Shown here: piece after piece, positions 9,894 to 18,747 of the stretch
Layout: each line of letters begins with the position of its first letter
Position numbering within the stretch: the stretch's first letter is position 1
UHGV virus genome: UHGV-0123288
Source: a virus
Strand: one strand, 5' to 3'
DNA: 41,460 nucleotides
Made by a program: the position numbers and the translations under genes
Notes under the pieces: model-generated
What the model saw: only the letters and a program-made list of their open reading frames with translations
Databases searched by the model: none
Told to the model about the DNA's origin: nothing

Positions 9894-10991
9894 ATGAAAT
9901 TAAAAGGTATTTTATTTGGTGCATTAGCAACCATTGGTTTGTTTGCTGGAATGCAAACAGCTAACGCATATGAAGTTAATAACGAGTTCAATTTAAGCCC
10001 TTGGGAAGGTTCAGGACAGGTTGCAGTACCTAATAAGATTATCTTACACGAAACTGCCAATGAACGTGCCACAGGACGAAATGAAGCAACATACATGAAA
10101 AACAACTGGTTTAACGCACATACAACAGCTATCATTGGTGATGGTGGTATTGTTTATAAGATTGCACCAGAAGGTAACATTTCATGGGGTGCTGGTAATG
10201 CAAACCCATACTCACCTATTCAAATTGAGTTGCAACATACGCATGATAAAGAGTTATTCAAAAAGAACTATAAAGCATACATTGACTATACAAGGGACAT
10301 GGGTAAAAAGTTTGGTATTCCTATGACACTTGACCAAGGTTCTTCTGTTTGGGAAAAAGGTGTTATCTCTCATAAATGGGTATCAGATTATGTATGGGGT
10401 GACCACACAGACCCATATGGTTACTTAGCAGAAATGGGAATCAGTAAAGCACAACTTGCTAAAGACTTAGCCAATGGGGTATCTGGTGAATCAGTAAAAC
10501 CAACACCAAGTAAACCAAAGACATTCAAAAAAGGTCAAAATGTTTACATTTATAACGGTCACAAGTCACACAATGGACCATTGGTACCATTCGTAGCTGG
10601 TGCAAGTCTTTGGACACAAGTTGGTACAATTACAGAAGTGAAACAAGGTGCAGTCAATCCTTATAAGATTGAAAACAGTGGTAAATTTGTAACATATGCT
10701 AACGCTGGCGACTTAGAGGACCTTAACACTAAGTTCCCACCAAAACCAAGTAAACCAGTTAATCAGTTTACAATTGGTGTTGAGGCTATTGTTTTACGTA
10801 GTGGACGACCAAGCGTATATGCGCCAGTATATGGAACATGGAAACAAGGTGCAGTATTCAAGTATGATGAAATCACAGTTGGTGACGGTTATGTATGGAT
10901 TGGTGGAACAGACACTAATGGTACACGTATTTACTTACCAATTGGACCAAATGACGGAGACCCCAACAACACGTGGGGTACATTAGTATAA
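9894..10991 (+). CDS. endolysin: N-acetylmuramoyl-L-alanine amidase (Amidase_2/PGRP-like) with N-terminal Sec signal peptide and two C-terminal SH3b-like repeats
   Basis: The signal peptide is MKLKGILFGALATIGLFAGMQTANA|YEV. His/Glu zinc-ligand context is present (ILHETAN, ELQHTHD). Two C-terminal repeats begin near FKKGQNVYIY and FTIGVEAIVL. Confidence 0.8.
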   Translation: MKLKGILFGALATIGLFAGMQTANAYEVNNEFNLSPWEGSGQVAVPNKIILHETANERATGRNEATYMKNNWFNAHTTAIIGDGGIVYKIAPEGNISWGAGNANPYSPIQIELQHTHDKELFKKNYKAYIDYTRDMGKKFGIPMTLDQGSSVWEKGVISHKWVSDYVWGDHTDPYGYLAEMGISKAQLAKDLANGVSGESVKPTPSKPKTFKKGQNVYIYNGHKSHNGPLVPFVAGASLWTQVGTITEVKQGAVNPYKIENSGKFVTYANAGDLEDLNTKFPPKPSKPVNQFTIGVEAIVLRSGRPSVYAPVYGTWKQGAVFKYDEITVGDGYVWIGGTDTNGTRIYLPIGPNDGDPNNTWGTLV

Positions 10992-10998
10992 AACAAAA

Positions 10999-11030
10999 AG
11001 ACACCCAATATAGGGTGTCTTTATTTGCGT
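10999..11030. terminator. bidirectional terminator between convergent endolysin and nrdH
   Basis: Stem agacaccc / gggtgtct with loop aatata, flanked by T-runs on both strands. Confidence 0.75.
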
Positions 11031-11095
11031 TTTAATGGATAATCACCTTACTTTGAATCTGAAACGTGCTTAGAATGCTCCTATGAAACAATGGT
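11020..11095 (+). repeat. direct repeat B flanking lysis cassette
   Basis: Partner of 9246..9320. It extends ~10 nt into the nrdH 3' end. Confidence 0.85.
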
Positions 11096-11317
11096 TTCCA
11101 AGATATTTGGTGCATATCCACCAATTACAACAGGTTCATCATCAACAATGTTTTTAAATACAACAGGTAGTGAACGGTATCCTTTTTCCATTAAATACTC
11201 TAATGCTTCTGGTTCTTCATCAACATTGTGTTCTTTATAATTAACTCCTAACTCTTGTAATTTTCGTTTTGTCATTTTGCAAGGCATGCAATTGTTTTTA
11301 GTATATACTGTAATCAT
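11081..11317 (-). CDS. nrdH: NrdH-like glutaredoxin
   Basis: 78 aa with a CMPC redox motif near the N-terminus, glutaredoxin fold length, and its own promoter. Confidence 0.8.
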   Translation of the reverse strand: MITVYTKNNCMPCKMTKRKLQELGVNYKEHNVDEEPEALEYLMEKGYRSLPVVFKNIVDDEPVVIGGYAPNILETIVS

Positions 11318-11347
11318 TCTTAATTCCTCCTATTAGTTGATAGGTAA

Positions 11348-11376
11348 AGTATAACACCTTACCTATCTTTTGTCAA
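11348..11376 (-). promoter_or_regulatory. early sigma-A-type promoter (TTGACA-17-TATACT) for nrdH
   Basis: Minus strand. The -10 is flanked by a 9-bp inverted repeat (gataggtaa / ttacctatc). Confidence 0.6.
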
Positions 11377-11380
11377 CACT

Positions 11381-13672
11381 TTAATCAATATAATTTTTTA
11401 CTTCAACTGGTTTGAATCCTTGTAATTCTCGTTCATGATGCGCTTGTTCAATACGTTCTTTCCAAGATTCACCAAACCAGAGTTCAAGCGTATCTTCTAC
11501 TTGGTCAATATAGTATTGTTTGTCAACTTCATCAATTGTAATACCTTCACCAATCGCTTCATTACTGATTGTGTAGTATTCTGGTGCGTTTGCCAGTCCT
11601 TTTGTATATGAAATGTTATCCTTAAATTCATCAGCTTCAATATCTAATAATTGACCTTCTTTGACCTTAAACAATTCTACTGCATTTGTTTTATCTTTTA
11701 CTGCGAACACACGGTTAACCTTTTGTGCGTTGAACTCATTACCTTCACTATCACGTGCAACCGTTCTATCAAAGGTCCAACCTGTTTTAGTAATGATTTG
11801 AAACTGTCTTAGTTCATTACATTCATGGATAAACTCTTTATAATCTTTACCAGCTACCAGATAATTAATGAACGCATTTGATACAATCGCTTTTGACACT
11901 TTCATACCACCAGTTAAGCCAATAGCACCTTTTACTTTTACTTTTCCATTTGGTTGTACCGCAATGTAGTTGTTTACATCTTTTTGCCAAATTTCACGAA
12001 ACATGTCCTTATCTAGTGTAAGTCCAATCTTGTTAGCAAATTCATCTAATGCTTCATCAATTGCTTTGTCATCTGCTTCACTGTTTGGAATATACGCATG
12101 TGCATCTGTATTTGATTGAATAAATTGTGCTTTACCTTTAATCAATTCATACATGTTCGTCATAATCAATTGACCTGTAGCACAAACTAAGAACTGGTTT
12201 CTTGGGTCATATAGTCCATTAAATTCAGCACCAGATGCACCAAACTTAGTGTTAAGTGGTAACTTGATACCGTTAATCATTACCCAAGTTGGTACTTCTA
12301 CACCCTTAATATCAGCTGTTTCTTCACCTGAATACTTAGCATCCATGCGTTGTTTAAGTAAGTCACTATAGCGGTGAAGTTTATCTTTTGGAATATTTCT
12401 TGATAGTAGATTGAACTGAACCATTGTATTTGGATATAGTGAACCCCAGTCACGCATTGGGAACAATCCAATATGAATATAGCTAGGTACTGCACCATGC
12501 ACACCACCACTACCAAATACCATTTCATAGCCATCTTCTGTAGTGTAGTTTAGTGACACATTTAGTTTACCATTTTCATTTAGTTCAAACTCATGATTCA
12601 AGTAAGCTTCTGCAATCTCTTTTGTATTAATGTTTAATCGTTTATCTAACTCTAATGGGTCTGTCAAGTCTGGTCTAACTTCTTGTTTAGTTGCACCAAG
12701 TAATTTAGCTGTCAAGTTAGCATTGGTTTGTAATAGGTCTGTCTTATCCATGTCAAACATTAAAGCAATAGTTGCTTTAGCTAACAACATACTAATGTTT
12801 TGTTCAAAACGTTTTTCAGTAGCTAATACATCATTCATACAGTATGCAACATTTTTCTCTTTTTCTTCATCTGTCAAAGGTCTATCCATGTCAAAATCTA
12901 CTTCTGTTTCTTTAATGTTGATACCTAAGAATGCTGAATGTTCTTTTAAGCTAAAACCTTTGTTATCTTGGTATAGGTCCATTCCAAACAATGGCGTTTT
13001 ATGACTATCAAACATCTTGTAAACTAGACCCCTATTATCTGATTCAATGATTGTTTTAGACATTTGATAAGCGTTTTTGCCTTGTAAATAGCCACGCATT
13101 ACATTATTATCATATGACGCATTATTATACCCAATGAACATTGAATCACGGTATTCAAGGTAAAACTTGCGTAATTCTTCAAGGTCATTATTAATAATGA
13201 ACCATTCTTTTGTAAAGTAATCACGGAATACAAATAAGTTATCATGTTTAAAAATCTCAATATCAAATAATAAAATGGTTTGTTTTGTTAATGGTTCACT
13301 TGGTTTAAACGGTGTTTCATTACCTTTTGAAATACTTCTAATAGGTTTGACTGTGGCAAAACCATTGCTAAATTTTAAGTCAATTAGTAAACGGTCACCA
13401 ACTTCAACATTTTTCCATTTATCCCAGTCATATTTGCGAAACTTCATGATGTAGCTTGTAACGTCCCTACCATCTTCTAGTGAGCGCATTTTAACTACTT
13501 TCATTTCTTTTCCTTTTGCTGATAACTTTTTGTTAGATTCAATGACAACCACATCATGTTGACCAGCTCGCATTGGGTCAAGACTTCGTGAATTACCTTT
13601 TAAATTACTGAATACTTCCAATAGTTTTTCAGCTAGTTCTGGTGCCTTTTTAAATTCTGCAATGTTTTTCAT
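11381..13672 (-). CDS. DNA polymerase, family B (exonuclease + polymerase domains)
   Basis: Exo I (FDIEI), Exo II-like (YNNASYDNNV) and Exo III (YCMNDV) motifs are present. Pol motif A is DWGSLYPN, a motif B-like sequence is KLPLNTKFG, and a motif C-like sequence is SNTDA. Confidence 0.8.
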   Translation of the reverse strand: MKNIAEFKKAPELAEKLLEVFSNLKGNSRSLDPMRAGQHDVVVIESNKKLSAKGKEMKVVKMRSLEDGRDVTSYIMKFRKYDWDKWKNVEVGDRLLIDLKFSNGFATVKPIRSISKGNETPFKPSEPLTKQTILLFDIEIFKHDNLFVFRDYFTKEWFIINNDLEELRKFYLEYRDSMFIGYNNASYDNNVMRGYLQGKNAYQMSKTIIESDNRGLVYKMFDSHKTPLFGMDLYQDNKGFSLKEHSAFLGINIKETEVDFDMDRPLTDEEKEKNVAYCMNDVLATEKRFEQNISMLLAKATIALMFDMDKTDLLQTNANLTAKLLGATKQEVRPDLTDPLELDKRLNINTKEIAEAYLNHEFELNENGKLNVSLNYTTEDGYEMVFGSGGVHGAVPSYIHIGLFPMRDWGSLYPNTMVQFNLLSRNIPKDKLHRYSDLLKQRMDAKYSGEETADIKGVEVPTWVMINGIKLPLNTKFGASGAEFNGLYDPRNQFLVCATGQLIMTNMYELIKGKAQFIQSNTDAHAYIPNSEADDKAIDEALDEFANKIGLTLDKDMFREIWQKDVNNYIAVQPNGKVKVKGAIGLTGGMKVSKAIVSNAFINYLVAGKDYKEFIHECNELRQFQIITKTGWTFDRTVARDSEGNEFNAQKVNRVFAVKDKTNAVELFKVKEGQLLDIEADEFKDNISYTKGLANAPEYYTISNEAIGEGITIDEVDKQYYIDQVEDTLELWFGESWKERIEQAHHERELQGFKPVEVKNYID

Positions 13673-13703
13673 ATATTAATTCCTCCAATGTGTTTATATT
13701 AAT

Positions 13704-13732
13704 AGTTTACTTTATTAATGTGATTCTGTCAA
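13704..13732 (-). promoter_or_regulatory. possible promoter for DNA polymerase gene (TTGACA, weak -10 TAAACT)
   Basis: aaaacacTTGACA motif. The -10 is poor. Confidence 0.3.
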
Positions 13733-13937
13733 GTGTTTTTGTTGCTAATTTCAACTCACGTTGTAAGAAACCTTCTGTAGCACCATTTGCAAATCTACAG
13801 ATAAGCTCTACACCATCAATAGGCTTAAATGCTTTAGCTAAGATATATGCTTTATCACCTTTGCTACCAATACCATTGTGGTTATCGTTTTTAAGTTCTA
13901 CATATTGCCCTACTTTAAATGTGTTTTTCATTGTCAT
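13707..13937 (-). CDS. hypothetical protein
   Basis: 76-aa ORF with an RBS (aggaggg). The probable start is the second Met (13931). It has its own promoter. Confidence 0.5.
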   Translation of the reverse strand: MTMKNTFKVGQYVELKNDNHNGIGSKGDKAYILAKAFKPIDGVELICRFANGATEGFLQRELKLATKTLDRITLIK

Positions 13938-13953
13938 TCCCTCCTATATGTAT

Positions 13954-13982
13954 ATAATAACAAAACCCCTAACATAAGTCAA
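13954..13982 (-). promoter_or_regulatory. early promoter TTGACT-17-TATTAT
   Basis: Minus strand, upstream of 13707..13937. It overlaps the hairpin aaaaccc..gggtttt. Confidence 0.55.
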
Positions 13983-14001
13983 GGGTTTTGTTTGTTTATT
14001 T

Positions 14002-14709
14002 TTAGAATGGTAAATCATCAGCTGTAATGTCAATTGAGTGATAAACTTCTTCAACTGGTTTTTGTTCTGGTTGGTCCTCTGGGTCAAGAGGTAATGCTTC
14101 TAACCAACCAACGTTGCTTGTTGGGTCTAATTGATTTTTATTAACTGTAACATCAACAACCATTCCAACCGCTTTTTCTGCTGTTTCCCAGTCCACACCT
14201 ACATCTTCAAATAGTTCGTTGAATCGCGCTTTTGCTTTTCCAAGTTTAGCCATGTTAGGAATGAACATTTCTTTTTTAGCAACCCATACCCCTGTGTTGA
14301 AGTTGAATGCGTAGTGCTTACCTTTATGTTCAATAACTACTGAACGTCCTTTAGGTGAATCTTGAATTGCAACAATAGGTGCTTTCTTAATACGTTTTAA
14401 GCTAACCAGTGGTTTCTCAATTTTGATAAAACCGGAGCCTTCTGTGAAGTACGCTTTACCTGTTTGTTCATCAACGTATAACTCAATAGTATTATCTTCT
14501 TCAAATGAACCACCAGCAACTTCTAGTGCTTCATTATATTTTTTCATTGCTTCTTCTGAATCTTCCCATTCGCCAGCTTCTTTATTGAATTGTTGTTTGT
14601 ACGCTACTGCATCAAACATTGCTGAATAATCCTCTTTTGCAACTTGTAACTTAGTTGAAATTTCTGAATCCTCTACACTCACGATAACTAATTTTTGTAA
14701 TTCTGACAT
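14002..14709 (-). CDS. putative ssDNA-binding/annealing protein (acidic C-terminal tail ending DDLPF)
   Basis: 235 aa. The C-terminus (PEDQPEQKPVEEV...ADDLPF) resembles SSB-type acidic tips (DDDIPF / T7 gp2.5-like). It sits in the replication module. Confidence 0.4.
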   Translation of the reverse strand: MSELQKLVIVSVEDSEISTKLQVAKEDYSAMFDAVAYKQQFNKEAGEWEDSEEAMKKYNEALEVAGGSFEEDNTIELYVDEQTGKAYFTEGSGFIKIEKPLVSLKRIKKAPIVAIQDSPKGRSVVIEHKGKHYAFNFNTGVWVAKKEMFIPNMAKLGKAKARFNELFEDVGVDWETAEKAVGMVVDVTVNKNQLDPTSNVGWLEALPLDPEDQPEQKPVEEVYHSIDITADDLPF

Positions 14710-14786
14710 AATAAAGTTCCTCCAATAATTTGTTTTTATTTTTTACTACTTAAATAGTATAACATACTTTCCCTAACTTGTGTACC

Positions 14787-15032
14787 TTATTTTCCAAATA
14801 AAATATATTTCTTTTTGCAATTTAGAAATACATTTACTGGTTTCAATCCACTACCTTCGTATACACTTCCTTTTATAATAGTTTCATCATCATTTGAAAC
14901 CATGTTGAAGTCATAGAACTGATAACCTACACCATCAATCCACACTTGTTGACTAAAACTTGTCACACCAACTACCAATTCTACATCACGCTTACCGTTT
15001 AAGTCATGTAATTTCCAATCAAATAAACCCAT
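14787..15032 (-). CDS. hypothetical protein
   Basis: 81-aa ORF in the early operon, with good coding periodicity. Confidence 0.4.
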   Translation of the reverse strand: MGLFDWKLHDLNGKRDVELVVGVTSFSQQVWIDGVGYQFYDFNMVSNDDETIIKGSVYEGSGLKPVNVFLNCKKKYILFGK

Positions 15033-15323
15033 TTAAATTTCCTCCAATGTCATTGTGTTTGCGTTATAATCCACTTCAAGATTAAATCTCTCAATTGACT
15101 GTCCGCCTTTTGCTTCTTTTACAATAATAGCCCTCATAACGTGGAACTCATTTGTTTCATATTCTACTTCCATACTTTCAACATAAAACGTAACACCATC
15201 AAAGTCAAATTCTGGGGCATTGTGTTTATTTCTGCGCTCTACCAGTTTTTTAAATGTGATACTCCCTTCTTTTAAATCCTTTGAAAAATACGTGCAACGC
15301 AATAAATCTTCTTTAATAATCAT
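15033..15323 (-). CDS. hypothetical protein
   Basis: 96-aa ORF, contiguous with neighbouring early genes. Confidence 0.45.
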   Translation of the reverse strand: MIIKEDLLRCTYFSKDLKEGSITFKKLVERRNKHNAPEFDFDGVTFYVESMEVEYETNEFHVMRAIIVKEAKGGQSIERFNLEVDYNANTMTLEEI

Positions 15324-16142
15324 TTACATTTCCTCCCATTCAATACCTAATTTTTTAAGTTTGGCTAAATCTGATGTCTTAACCTTAATACAAGTATAAC
15401 TCACTTCAACTGGTTTGTCAACAACTTTATCTTCATTTCCTGTTAAAATTACAATTTCAGGAACTTTCGTTTCTCTTACTCGTTGTTGTTCAGCTTCCAG
15501 TCGTTCACGTTCTGACTTCATTTCTTTAAATTCTTCAATAGCTTCATTCATATTGAAACCATTTCTTGAATATGCAATAAGTATTGCCATGCGGTCATCT
15601 TTGTCTGTTACCTGTTCTTTCAAGTCTGAATAGTCTTGTTTAAACAGTTCAAAATACATCACAATTGCTTGTGTGATTGTTTTTTGTGAGGTTGCTTTAT
15701 TAGTTACTAAACTTCTGTTTTTTGCAATGAACTTATCAAAAGATAGCCATTGTGGCGCATTATATGAAGCTTGGTACTTATTGAAAAGTTCTTCAATTTG
15801 TAATGTACGTTCTTTTTGTTCTTGCTCGTTGAACGTTTTAATTTGTACATTAACATGTTCTATACCTTCCTTCAATACATCTTTTAATGTCTGTATTTTT
15901 TCGTTTAGTTCCTCATAAGGTGTCATGATTTCACTTTTTACCAGTTTGCGTTGTGTGTCTAGTTCTCTAATTCGTTTATTGATTGTAGCTACTAGTTTTT
16001 TATTCTCTTTGATTGTTTCTTCTGTAACTTCTTGCTCTTTCATTTTATCAGCCAACCTCTGCGCGTCATCTAGTATTTTTTCATAGTCTGCAAATTCGAT
16101 TGACTGAACACCATTGGTTTTAATTGCGATTTCAAATTCCAT
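15324..16142 (-). CDS. hypothetical coiled-coil protein (DUF1351-like)
   Basis: 272 aa with long Glu/Lys-rich helices. It occupies the position of phage recombination-associated DUF1351 proteins. Confidence 0.45.
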   Translation of the reverse strand: MEFEIAIKTNGVQSIEFADYEKILDDAQRLADKMKEQEVTEETIKENKKLVATINKRIRELDTQRKLVKSEIMTPYEELNEKIQTLKDVLKEGIEHVNVQIKTFNEQEQKERTLQIEELFNKYQASYNAPQWLSFDKFIAKNRSLVTNKATSQKTITQAIVMYFELFKQDYSDLKEQVTDKDDRMAILIAYSRNGFNMNEAIEEFKEMKSERERLEAEQQRVRETKVPEIVILTGNEDKVVDKPVEVSYTCIKVKTSDLAKLKKLGIEWEEM

Positions 16143-16320
16143 TGCGTTCGTCCTCCGCCTTTAATCGTAACCACTTAGCTTTGAAAATCTCGTTAAATGT
16201 GAACCCCATTTTAATTAGGTCCGTTCGTTCCTCTAATGTGTTTAGTAGGTCATTTACACTATACCCATAATCTAACATTAGTAACATTTTATAACTCATT
16301 TGTTCTTGCTTTTTTTCCAT
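16132..16320 (-). CDS. hypothetical protein
   Basis: 62-aa ORF, overlapping its neighbours by a few nt (operon-style). Confidence 0.4.
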   Translation of the reverse strand: MEKKQEQMSYKMLLMLDYGYSVNDLLNTLEERTDLIKMGFTFNEIFKAKWLRLKAEDERNGI

Positions 16321-17072
16321 GCTTCCACGTCCTCCATTGTGATTTTATTTTCATCTTTTTTAGTACGTTTTATCAGTCCTTCAAAAGTTGAATATGTTTC
16401 GCTTTGGTGTAATGGTACCACAACTGAATCTGGTTTGCAATACTTTTCTGTAAATTCTTTATGTTCGGTTGAAGCTAAGTGACGATATGAACCGTTACTA
16501 AAAATATCAAAACCAGTGTGGGCTTTTGTGGATTCATAAAATTCAATTACTTGTGGGTCATAGTTAGATTCTAACAGAAAGTAGTCTACTTGTAAAGAGT
16601 TTTTATCTAAATATTCCTGATAATCTATTGTAGTGCTTAAATCAGTTGCATATAATAATACTTCACCAGATTCAATATCTTCAATAATTAATCCATGACA
16701 GTCAACTAATTCTTCATCAGCACCATGGTAGTTCTGGATAGTTGTGAATTTCATTGTACCAATTTGAAACTGAAAGTTATCACTAAAAATAACATCAGCT
16801 GGAATTTTTGTTTTTTCAAACATTAGATTACTTACTTCTTCATTAGCTAAAATTTTAATGTTTGGAAAGTTTTCACGAATCTTCTTATAAACAGCTGGCT
16901 TGAAATGGTCACCGTGTCTGTGCGTAAATATTAAAAAATGTTTTTCATATAGTAATGGCTCTATAAATTTGTAAGGCTTACCTGCATCAACTAATATATT
17001 AAATTGATTAGTATATATTGATACTGAATTTCCTTTACTACCTGTGTAATGTACGTTCCATTTGAATGTCAT
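16296..17072 (-). CDS. metallo-beta-lactamase-fold hydrolase/nuclease
   Basis: An HxHxDH motif (THRHGDH) lies near the N-terminal third; 258 aa. Confidence 0.6.
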   Translation of the reverse strand: MTFKWNVHYTGSKGNSVSIYTNQFNILVDAGKPYKFIEPLLYEKHFLIFTHRHGDHFKPAVYKKIRENFPNIKILANEEVSNLMFEKTKIPADVIFSDNFQFQIGTMKFTTIQNYHGADEELVDCHGLIIEDIESGEVLLYATDLSTTIDYQEYLDKNSLQVDYFLLESNYDPQVIEFYESTKAHTGFDIFSNGSYRHLASTEHKEFTEKYCKPDSVVVPLHQSETYSTFEGLIKRTKKDENKITMEDVEAWKKSKNK

Positions 17073-17082
17073 TTGCTACCTC

Positions 17083-17562
17083 CTAATACTGTGATGGTGT
17101 ATTGCGTTCAGACCATGGGTTGCCTTCTAATTCCCATAACTCTTTGCCAAGTCGTTTAGCGGTGTCCCACTTATCCTTGTCAATTGCTTTATTAATTTCA
17201 ATAATTAATTTATGACGTTTATCCTCTACTTTTTTGCGCAGTGGACGCGCTACACGTTGTTTACCTTCTTGTGGGTTAATAGCCCACCCAAGGTTATTGC
17301 AGTGTGTGTTATTAACATCACCATCTTTATAATATAGGTAGCCTAGATTATCTTTGTTTAGTACAAATGATTCAGCTACTAAGTTAGCAATAAAAAATTT
17401 ACGTGTCTTGTTGTGTGAGCCTTCTAATACTACATATGGTTTGCCGTTGTCATCATATGAGTTCCAGACTGTTAAACCTGTGTCACGGTCTATCACATAT
17501 CCCATATTTGAAACTGCGTAACGGTTGTACGGTTCAAACAATGGTTCAAATTTTTCAATCAT
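17083..17562 (-). CDS. free-standing homing endonuclease (NUMOD4 + HNH_3 type)
   Basis: The N-terminal segment YAVSNMGYVIDRDTG is NUMOD4-like. The HNH_3 signature is DGDVNNTHCNNLGWAINPQ. Confidence 0.6.
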   Translation of the reverse strand: MIEKFEPLFEPYNRYAVSNMGYVIDRDTGLTVWNSYDDNGKPYVVLEGSHNKTRKFFIANLVAESFVLNKDNLGYLYYKDGDVNNTHCNNLGWAINPQEGKQRVARPLRKKVEDKRHKLIIEINKAIDKDKWDTAKRLGKELWELEGNPWSERNTPSQY

Positions 17563-17795
17563 TCCTTTAACTCCTCTACTAATTTTTCTAATTGCTCAAT
17601 GGTTAAGATAATATCATTTTCTGGGTGACATAATACCATGCTAGCCATAATATCACCATCTGGATACTTGGTTACTTCCATATATTCATGTTTGTTACCA
17701 TTACAGATAAGGTGTATAGTTTTATAATTTCCAATTGGTCTATTAAATACTTCTACATTTTCCATATTACAACCCTCTTTCTTCAATATCTTCAA
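17559..17795 (-). CDS. hypothetical protein
   Basis: 78-aa ORF. Confidence 0.45.
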   Translation of the reverse strand: MKILKKEGCNMENVEVFNRPIGNYKTIHLICNGNKHEYMEVTKYPDGDIMASMVLCHPENDIILTIEQLEKLVEELKE

Positions 17796-18342
17796 TCAGC
17801 CAAGTTAAGTATGTTTTTGCTTTTTTAAGGTCCTCTAGTCCATTTTTGTGTTTATAACGTAATGGATATTTTAGAATATTTCCTTCTAGGAAACCACGGA
17901 ATTCTTCTTTTGTCATGTTAGCTTTCATTATTTGAATTGGTTGAATACCGTTAACTGTGTAATGAATTTGATTGTCAATCAAATCTGATTCAAAATAAAC
18001 TTCTACATCAGGTTCAACACCATCACATTTTGAATCATTAGTTGGTTCATATTCTTCAAATAACAATTCCATTGTTTTATGAGCTTCCTTTTCTAAATGT
18101 TTTGTAACAACATCCTCTGACTGGTTTAAGTATTCATCATATGTCATACTTTCTTCTTGTTCATCTTCAAATTCAATTTCTAATTCAGGAATAACAAAAT
18201 GGTTTTTAAAAGCACTCTCTGTAGTATATGTGTGTGTTCCATCATGATATTTGACTTTCCACATTTTACCTTCCATTTTATGTGCTACACCTTTAGCCCC
18301 ATTATCTTTGCGTTTTACTAACATTCCATCATGTAAAATCAT
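17767..18342 (-). CDS. hypothetical protein (DUF3310-like C-terminus)
   Basis: 191 aa. The C-terminal segment GNILKYPLRYKHKNGLEDLKKAKTYLTWL resembles the DUF3310 phage motif. It has its own TTGACA-17-TACAAT promoter. Confidence 0.45.
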   Translation of the reverse strand: MILHDGMLVKRKDNGAKGVAHKMEGKMWKVKYHDGTHTYTTESAFKNHFVIPELEIEFEDEQEESMTYDEYLNQSEDVVTKHLEKEAHKTMELLFEEYEPTNDSKCDGVEPDVEVYFESDLIDNQIHYTVNGIQPIQIMKANMTKEEFRGFLEGNILKYPLRYKHKNGLEDLKKAKTYLTWLIEDIEERGL

Positions 18343-18372
18343 TTAAATTCCTCCTAATGTTTTATAATTATA

Positions 18373-18401
18373 ATTGTATCATATTGACGTTTATTTGTCA
18401 A
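18373..18401 (-). promoter_or_regulatory. early promoter TTGACA-17-TACAAT
   Basis: Minus strand, upstream of 17767..18342. Confidence 0.55.
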
Positions 18402-18498
18402 CACAAAACTTTTATTTTATGATATAATATATTTATAGCAAAGGTGATTCCTCCCACCTTCAACTATCTTAGGTCAACTCGTATGAGTTGGCTTTTTT

Positions 18499-18747
18499 TT
18501 ATTTTGCATATTTTGCGATAAGTTTAAAAACTTCTTGCGCCGTTTCAATATTTTCAAATTTAACAAATCCACTTGGTACATGTTGCATCATTACTGAATA
18601 GTTATAATTTGTACTATACATATCACCAAACCCATTTGGATTGTACTTTACATCAATAAGACAACCGTTTGGGAACAATTTTCTAAACATATGCATGCTA
18701 TTCATCTTTTGCCATTCTCCGTTCTTCTCGTTTTTTAACTGAATCAT
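18499..18747 (-). CDS. hypothetical protein
   Basis: 82-aa ORF. Confidence 0.45.
   Translation of the reverse strand: MIQLKNEKNGEWQKMNSMHMFRKLFPNGCLIDVKYNPNGFGDMYSTNYNYSVMMQHVPSGFVKFENIETAQEVFKLIAKYAK

Noticed and set aside
12630-13004. Plus-strand 124-aa ORF
   Set aside because: It is antisense within the DNA polymerase gene and has no RBS.
13938-14001. Hairpin aaaaccc...gggtttt as a terminator between minus-strand genes
   Set aside because: The T-run is on the plus strand only. On the minus strand it overlaps a good TTGACT-17-TATTAT promoter, so it is recorded as a promoter instead.
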